DNA of 19,429 nt from Macrostomum lignano (lineage: Eukaryota), in the NCBI GenBank assembly GCA_002269645.1, contig NIVC01005234.1, positions 1 through 19,429 on the forward strand, given 5' to 3'. Under the pieces are notes generated by a model. It searched no databases, had not been told where the DNA came from, and was given only the letters and a program-made list of their open reading frames with translations. The first letter of the stretch is position 1. Every line of letters starts with the position of its first letter. Below are positions 1-6,519 of the stretch, piece after piece. Both the position numbers and the translations under genes were made by a program.

Positions 1-430
1 TCGGCGAAAGTTTACGTCGGCAATGTATCTAAATGGGAAAATTAAGTTTGCGTCAGCAAAAGTTTACGTCGGCAATGTATTTAAATGGGAAAAGTTATCA
101 TCGGCAAAAGTTTACGTCGGCAGTGTATCTAAAGGGGAAAAGTTAGCATCGGCAAAAGTTTACGTCGGCAATGTATCTAAAGGGAAAAAGTTAGCATCGA
201 CAAAAGTTTACGTCGGCAATGTATCTAAATGGGAAAATTAAGTTAGCGTCGGCAAAAGTTTACGTCGGCAATGTATTTAAATGGGAAAAGTTATCATCGG
301 CAAAAGTTTACGTCGGCAGTGTATTTAAATGGGAAAAGTAGCGTCGGCAATGTACGAGCGTATTAATTAAATGGGAAAATTAAGTTAGCGCCGGCAAAAG
401 TTTACGTCGGCAATGTATTTAAATGGGAAC
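1..430. repeat. Host minisatellite, 48/52-bp units (TCGGCAAAAGTTTACGTCGGCAATGTATCTAAATGGGAAAAGTTAGCA-like), ~8-9 copies, running off the window start
   Basis: Units start at 1, 53, 101, 149, 197, 249, 297, then a degenerate copy and one at ~391. ORF 23..241 is a by-product of the repeat. Confidence 0.95.
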
Positions 431-1615
431 AGTATGTTGGACAGAGACAGATCTAGGGAGTGTCGAGTGAGTCTCATCACTGCTGAATCACGCCATTTGC
501 CTAATAGTTTGCCTTGCTTGATCATTTGGTAGGCACTTTAGTGGCCTTGGGGATTCCCTGTCCGCCACCCCATTCCGTTTGTCGTCCAGTGTGCAGCCAC
601 CCCACTCCCGCTATGTACATTTTAACGTCGGTTTAGCGTCGGTAAAAACCGATCGGCCAAAGTTTTATACATTCCTGACGACAAGAAAACATTTGTCATA
701 TTGGGGTTAGGGTAGGGTTAGGTTTTGTGAGTTTTGTGTCGAAGTTGTGAAATGTCGGAGCTGTGAAAGCACCTCCTTTTTGATAACTTTTTAGGGAACT
801 AAAAAATAAGCGTTCGAATACAATTGGACACTGTGATAAAAGGCATAACCAAAATGCAGTAAATGGAGCAAACTGTAGTAGGCCAGCGGTTATAAGTTAT
901 GATACAGAAAGTCAGAAATGCTAACTTGACAATTTATATAATTGAGAATGTTTCAATGCAGCCAATTAACTTCAACTGAATTTTATATAAATTTATTTAT
1001 TAAAGCATGAACTGAAGCGATTTTGAATTACGAATGTTTCATTCTTTATTGACAAACTAACAAATTGAATTGTGTAAACTTAATTCAGCACAAGGGATCA
1101 GTGCAGAGAAATTTGGAGTGAAAAATGATCTGGTTAAACAAATTCCAAATTCCGAATACCTTTTAGCGGAACTGTTACTGTTATGGCAATTGAACGTAAC
1201 CAGACCAGAATTTTTTCATTCTACTATAATATTCTGAGTCGTTGACTAAACATTTATAATATTCTTCCATTCAACTTCCAGAACAAGACGAAAAAATGGT
1301 ACAAAAATAGCATGTTCATCTGACTACTAAGCGATTTATGGATTTTCTGCCAAAGTACTTGAAATACTTTCAGCATTTCATTTTGGACAGTCAGCATCTT
1401 TCAAATTACAAGAGCTGGGGGGAATACGAGCTACAAAAGAAATTTACCTACGCCTTCACAACCAGAAAAAGCATTTAAAGTATTGTAGAATTGCGAAAAT
1501 AATTGAGGCGTGAAACGCGGTGGTTCGTTTGTTTTGGTTTTTGCTTTGATTGTTTTCCGTGCGGAAAATAAGAGGGACTGCGGGCTTGAGTATAATTGCG
1601 TGCTAGGGTGCTGTA

Positions 1616-1758
1616 TATTTATATTCGTGTTAAAAGAACATTCAGGAATCCGGAAAGTTCGAGAAGCAGTTTCTAGAAAGGGGGTGCGCGGGAATTCAAA
1701 ATGCCAAATATGGAAAGTGCGTGTTTACGCGGAAGTTTCTAGAATATAATAGTTATAA
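1616..1758. promoter_or_regulatory. Heat-shock-element cluster with flanking TATA-like boxes (host heat-shock-type promoter)
   Basis: Three perfect nGAAnnTTCnnGAAn elements: aGAAcaTTCagGAAt 1635-1649, gGAAagTTCgaGAAg 1652-1666, gGAAgtTTCtaGAAt 1731-1745. A further TTCtaGAA lies at 1671-1678. TATAAATA is on the minus strand at 1616-1623 and TATAAT/TATAA on the plus strand at 1745-1758. Confidence 0.75.
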
Positions 1759-1988
1759 TACGCTAGCTGCAATACTTTTATATTATTAGTGAATACGCTA
1801 CAACAGTTCCCCCGGAGACGGAGTCACCTGGAGAAGTACAGGAAAAAATTATATACATTAGATGATGAATTGGGGGGGGGGCGTGGACATGTACGTTTGT
1901 ACATGCAGATTTCAAACTGTTACAGCATAGGGGCGATGATGTACACATTCAATAATAAGTGAAACGTTATAACTGGTGAAGTCAAGCT

Positions 1989-2550
1989 AGTAGAAGGCAT
2001 GAGGGGGCTTCTGGGACAAAATTTTTCACGTCCTCCATAATCCACCTAAATCCATCCATATTATCCCTGACAGAATCAGAAAAAAAGGGGGTCGCACTTA
2101 CTCCAAAAACTTCGAACATAATCCCATTAAATCCATCCATATTATCCCTGACAGAATCAGAAAAAAAAGGGGGGTCGCACTCGCTCACAAAACATCCTCC
2201 ATAATCCACCTAAATCCATCCATATTATCCCTGACAGAATCATGAAAAAGGGGAGGGGCCGCACTTGCTCACAAAACATCCTCCATAATCCTATTAAATC
2301 CATCCATATTATCCCTGACAGAATCAGAGCAGGTGTCAACTGATACCTGTTATGCTCACTGACACCGACATCCACCCATAGCATCTTCGAAACAATCAGA
2401 AAATAATCTGCATTCTTCTCCCCACATTCAATCCGCAACGTGCTACCACATCCCTAAGACTTTAAATCATCAGCGCAGGGTCTTTACCCTTTGAAAAAAA
2501 AATAAATTCTCAATAAAAATGTTTTCAGTTGTCTCTCCAGGTTCTTATTA
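1989..2550 (+). repeat. Left terminal inverted repeat (~560 bp) with four ~81-83-bp internal tandem units (2031-2327)
   Basis: Starts AGTAGAAGGCATGAGGGGGCTTCTGGGACAAAATTTTTCAC and matches the reverse complement of 17500-18071. The core ATCCATCCATATTATCCCTGACAGAATCA occurs 4 times. Confidence 0.95.
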
Positions 2551-2704
2551 TAGTAACTCACGCTGAACAGTTCTGCCAAGCTTGTTAATGTCTACTAAGA
2601 TCTATTCATACACAATGCTCTTACATCTAAAATCAACGCTTGCAACTATTTATCTAAGGGAAAATGTAAAACTACCCTCTAGGGCACCAGCTACAGAGCC
2701 AGCT

Positions 2705-2827
2705 ACAAATGTTCCTCAGCCGAACAAATGTTCTGTCGCCGAACAAATGTTCCTCAGCCGAACAAATGTTCCTCAGCCGAACATTTGTTCCTCAGCCCAA
2801 CAAATGTTCCGCCGCCGAACATGTACA
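2705..2827. repeat. 19-bp tandem repeat (ACAAATGTTCCTCAGCCGA) x ~6.5
   Basis: Units at 2705, 2724, 2743, 2762, 2781, 2800 and a partial at 2819. Unit junctions create the palindrome GAACA-AA-TGTTC. Confidence 0.92.
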
Positions 2828-3239
2828 GAGCAAATATCTCTTCCCCCATGCAAAAGCTTTATGCCCTTACTAACTCAGAGTACGCAGGCCCCGTATACAG
2901 AGAGAACCTCTCTTCCTATACACAAGCTTCTCCTCACCGTGAGCATTTATTTCTACATAGCAAGTTCTCTCTCTTTCCACTTCTCTACCTACAGTCAATC
3001 CCGCAGCACGTATGGGTATGCTACGTATGGCATACGTATGGCCAACCAAAACCATACCCCCGATCCTCCATTGTCCCTCGTCCCACAGCTCTTCTCAGTC
3101 TACTCAATTCTCTCCCCTTATCCCCAAAGCCAAGTCGTCTCGCCGCTATCAGGCGGACACCCTCCCCCCCCCCAAAGTCTGTCGGGTAAGGAAGAAAGCT
3201 TATTTATACAACTACTTTTGAAGAGTTACTCGGTTAAAA

Positions 3240-4007
3240 ATGTCTGACTTGTCTGTCACACCAGATCTATCTCTATTCTCTAAAATTTTACAGCTAAATC
3301 AGTTAGCAAAAGATAACAATAAACACGAACTACTCTTATCTGAAGATGATTTAATTCATTTAAAAGTTACATTAGATTGCCCCTTAGTACCTAGTTGTGG
3401 CAATTTAGAAGATCGATCAAAAAAATTAAATGAAGAGCGCATGGATGTAGATGAGGATCAAGATCAACCAGCAAGAAAGAAAGTAAAAGTAAAGAAGCAA
3501 AAACTACGGCCAACTGGTGAGACGCTTCATCAATATCTTTGCGCAAAAGTATTTGAATTTGAAGGGGTCGATGAATTTATTCACCCCTATTCTATTGTTG
3601 ATACAAATATGCCGTTATCTGTAGAAGAACAACTACAGACGGCAGTCACAAGTTTAAAAAGATGTAATAATCGTATGCTCATTGCCACATACATCTGTGG
3701 TGTATGGTTTAACCACAACGCAGCGAAATATAGAATAGAACATCCTGAAGAAACTGTTAAATGTAAAAGTTGTGATGATCAGGTTTTGGAGTTTTTGCAA
3801 CGACATGGGATAACATATGCTAAAAGCACTATTAGAAAAATGTTGTCTCTTAGTAAAACATTACATGATTATCCTCGTTTTTTTAAGCTAAATATAACAT
3901 TTGAGGAACTTTACACCTTAAAAAATGATATTGAAGACATGTTAATGTGTTCAAATAAATATAAAACCTATTGGAGCATGGGTGTTATTCAAATAAAAAA
4001 AGAATAG
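3240..4007 (+). CDS. Polinton accessory protein of unknown function, 255 aa, intact
   Basis: Uninterrupted ORF with the A-rich start context (TTAAAAATG) shared by the element's genes. It has an acidic patch, a basic NLS-like RKKVKVKKQK, a CxxC motif, and an AATAAA just downstream. Confidence 0.8.
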   Translation: MSDLSVTPDLSLFSKILQLNQLAKDNNKHELLLSEDDLIHLKVTLDCPLVPSCGNLEDRSKKLNEERMDVDEDQDQPARKKVKVKKQKLRPTGETLHQYLCAKVFEFEGVDEFIHPYSIVDTNMPLSVEEQLQTAVTSLKRCNNRMLIATYICGVWFNHNAAKYRIEHPEETVKCKSCDDQVLEFLQRHGITYAKSTIRKMLSLSKTLHDYPRFFKLNITFEELYTLKNDIEDMLMCSNKYKTYWSMGVIQIKKE

Positions 4008-4079
4008 TAAATAAAAATATTAAAAATAGAAAATAAATATAACTTTTCTTTTCTTTATCTTCTTAATAATAAGAAGATA

Positions 4080-4165
4080 ATTCTCATCTTCTCTAAATCT
4101 TCTTCTTCTTCTTCTTCTTCTTCTTCTTCTCTTCTCTTCTCTTCTTCTCTAAATCTTCTCTTTCT
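4080..4165. repeat. Polypyrimidine (CTT)n/(CTTCT)n microsatellite between convergent genes
   Basis: Read directly: tcttcttcttcttcttcttc...ctcttctcttctcttcttctct. Confidence 0.9.
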
Positions 4166-4412
4166 TGTTTCAGACAAGTTAATTTTTTTCCATCTTTAAA
4201 AGGAAAAAGAAAGTAAGGAGATTGCTAATATCAAATTACTTTTTTTCTTCTTTTAAAGATGCGCGGGCTGTAGCAGCGGCCTTCGAGTGGCAGCCTGTGT
4301 GAGTACCAAATTTGGGAAACTAACTGCTGCTCAAAAGTATATCATGTCATCCATTTATTTTTCTTTTGCTGTTATTTTCTTAAAAAGTTTCTCTTGAATT
4401 TTCTTGCTTGAA

Positions 4413-4868
4413 TCATTCTGCTCTCTTAACCCCCAGCTCTTTCAGCAGTCTTCCAGGTTCTTTACGTGGCGCGTGCAATATAAAGCCCACCCCTTCTCTC
4501 AAACAACCGCCCACCCCCAACCCCAACTTTGTCTTACCAAAAATAACCACCTTGACTAATTTCCTAGCAATCGACTCACGAAATCCGCTTGAAGCCCCCA
4601 TATGGTCTAGTCTCTTAAGCATTTCTTTGTCCCACCGATTCTTCTCCTCAGGAAAATCTCTATACTTGATGTCATGCCACATGCAGACAGAGTCTAGCTC
4701 GTTCACAGGCTCATGCCCAGGATGTGGATTATTGTTTTTATCTAACTGTATTTCAAGTGGATTCAAAGGCCCGCAATATTTATAGCCGGGAACTGTCCAG
4801 CCTTTGTTTGGACGAGGAAGCTTTTCTATCAGTCCATGTGAATCTATTTTACCACCAGAGCGCTGCAT
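4413..4868 (-). CDS. Parvovirus VP1u-type phospholipase A2 (PLA2X-like), ~151 aa from MQRSGGKID, intact
   Basis: Ca-binding loop PGYKYCGPLNP, then PVNELDSVC, catalytic HDIKY, later D in WDKEM, and KLGLG. The true start is probably ATG 4868 (AATAAAATAATG context), not the ORF-track start at 5111, which overlaps the integrase. Confidence 0.9.
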   Translation of the reverse strand: MQRSGGKIDSHGLIEKLPRPNKGWTVPGYKYCGPLNPLEIQLDKNNNPHPGHEPVNELDSVCMWHDIKYRDFPEEKNRWDKEMLKRLDHMGASSGFRESIARKLVKVVIFGKTKLGLGVGGCLREGVGFILHAPRKEPGRLLKELGVKRAE

Positions 4869-4898
4869 TATTTTATTTAAAATTTTCTTTTTAAATAA

Positions 4899-5934
4899 AT
4901 GACAGATCAGAAACTTAAAAAACTCTACTACAGCGACAAAGGATTCTTTGTAGGCAAAAATGCTGTTAGTAAACTCATGGAGCTGAGTAAGGAACCAAAA
5001 GCTACAGTAGAAAAATGGCTCTCTAAGCAGGCTGTCTTTCAAGTCTATTTCCCACCAGTAAAATTTGAAAGGCCCCATTTCAGTATTTATAAACCTAATG
5101 AGGCGCACCAAGCAGATCTTCTGTTTCTCCCCAATGACTCGGGCTACAAGTATGCTCTCACAGTAATAGACATTGCTTCCAGATATAAGGAAGCTCGCCC
5201 ACTCAAGACGAAGAAGTCAGAGGTTGTTGCCAGCGCACTGCAAGATATTTATAAAAACTCTCCGCTCACATACCCCAAACCTTTATGACCGACCCGGGTA
5301 AGGAATTCATGGGTGCAGTGAAATCCCTTATGGAAAAGAAAAACACAGAGATTCGCTATGGCAGAACAAACTTGCACAGAGACCAGGCTTTTGTGGAAAG
5401 ATTCAATCTAACTCTAGCCAAGAGGCTATTCACTAAGCAGACAGCTGAAGAGCTGAAACTAAAAAGTGGTCAGTACTATTCAAAATGGACAGACCGGCTC
5501 CCCACTGTTATAGAACAACTGAACAATGAAGTCACACGTATGACTGGATTGAAACCGTCCCATGCAATTAAACAAGACACTGTCGAACTTAGGCATCTCA
5601 TAGAACAGACAACAACACTACAACCCCACACAACACACACAACACAAAACACACCTCGAACTACCCTAAGCTTCCAGGAGTTGAATCACCATACATACTG
5701 ACAAACTCTGAGTTTCTACGCTTTTTATATCTACCTGGAGAGCTAGAGAAGGACACCAAAAGAAGAGCTACAGATCCATACTTCAGCCTTGATGTACATA
5801 AAATAGACAGACATTTTACCTCCGACTCCGGTGACTATTACTTTTTATCTCAGGCCTTTAACCCTAAATCCCCCACGCGGTCATTCACTAGAGCTGAACT
5901 CCTAGTGATACCAGCTGACACAGAAATTAATTAA
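4899..5934 (+). CDS. Retroviral-type DDE integrase (Polinton integrase), ~345 aa after repairing two -1 frameshifts (~5280 and ~5593-5690)
   Basis: HQADL (D), TDPGKEF (D), FVERFN (E). The third frame gives the Polinton-type C-terminus FLYLPGELE...RRATDPYFSLDVHKI...RSFTRAELLVIPADTEIN*. Confidence 0.93.
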
Positions 5935-5950
5935 AATATTAAAATAAAAA

Positions 5951-6396
5951 ATGACAAAGATTGAAACCAGAACCATCAATAAACTCAATAAAATCATTGA
6001 ATCAAAGAAACCAGGTATTATATCAATTAAAGGTGCCAAAGTAAAAATCGATCCCACGCAGCAAATACTTCAGTGTAATGAGCAAAGACACAGCATCACA
6101 GATGAAAAGTCAGGAGGAATCCTACCATTAGCAGCTCTTATCCCGATTATTGCAGGCGCTGTAAGTGCCGCAGGTGGTGTAGCTGGAGGTGTAGCAACTG
6201 CCGTTAAAGCTGGGAATGATAGGCCCACCAGCTTGAATTGCAAAAGATTGCAAGAGACAAAGGTATAACAATTAAGGCAGGAGAGGGCTGCCCCGATCGT
6301 GATGATTGTGAGAATGAAAATTCTGTAAGCAAGTCTGACATTGTCAAAGCAATCATGACACTGCACAATGCTGGGTTTACAATAATGCGGATGTGA
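5951..6396 (+). CDS. Putative core/membrane protein with adenovirus pX(mu)-like motif, ~148 aa after one -1 frameshift (~6220)
   Basis: KSGG-ILPLAALIPIIAGAVSAAGGVAGGVATAVKA resembles adenovirus pX MRGG-ILPLLIPLIAAAIGAVPGIASVALQA. The alternative frame continues AHQLELQKIARDKGITIKAGEGC...AGFTIMRM* to 6396. Confidence 0.7.
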
Positions 6397-6519
6397 TGAG
6401 GTTTAAAACCCCACTTTATCCAGCTTCATAAACCTAGCGCTACTGATAGGATGTAGAAACAGTTCAACTTTTCTATCAGGGTGGTCACCCTCAAAATTTT
6501 TTTTATTTTAGAGAAAAAA

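Noticed and set aside
1-430. CRISPR-like regular repeat
   Set aside because: Units are contiguous with no unique spacers, the context is eukaryotic, and there are no cas genes. The same applies to the 19-bp, 21-bp and TIR arrays.
702-724. GGGGTTAGGGTAGGGTTAGG telomere-like run
   Set aside because: Only ~3 imperfect units. Such short runs are common in animal interspersed repeats, so this is not a telomere.
1080-1480. Possible short host exons (e.g. 1375-1478 reading AFHFGQSASFKLQELGGIRATKEIYLRLHNQKKHL)
   Set aside because: Splice-like signals exist but there is no recognisable protein, and strand and phase cannot be established.
1982-2438. ORFs within the TIRs (also 17719..18179)
   Set aside because: Translations simply mirror the ~82-bp repeats; no coding signature.
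2582-3247. 221-aa and 153-aa overlapping ORFs
   Set aside because: Low-complexity S/P-rich products of the 19-bp repeat and pyrimidine-rich DNA, lacking the element's start context.
4869-5111. N-terminal 81 aa of the ORF-track PLA2
   Set aside because: It is antisense to the integrase and F-rich. ATG 4868 fits the start context and domain boundary better.
5280-5290. Programmed ribosomal frameshifting as the explanation for split genes
   Set aside because: There are too many sites (7 in PolB alone) and no consistent slippery heptamer; sequencing deletion or decay is simpler.
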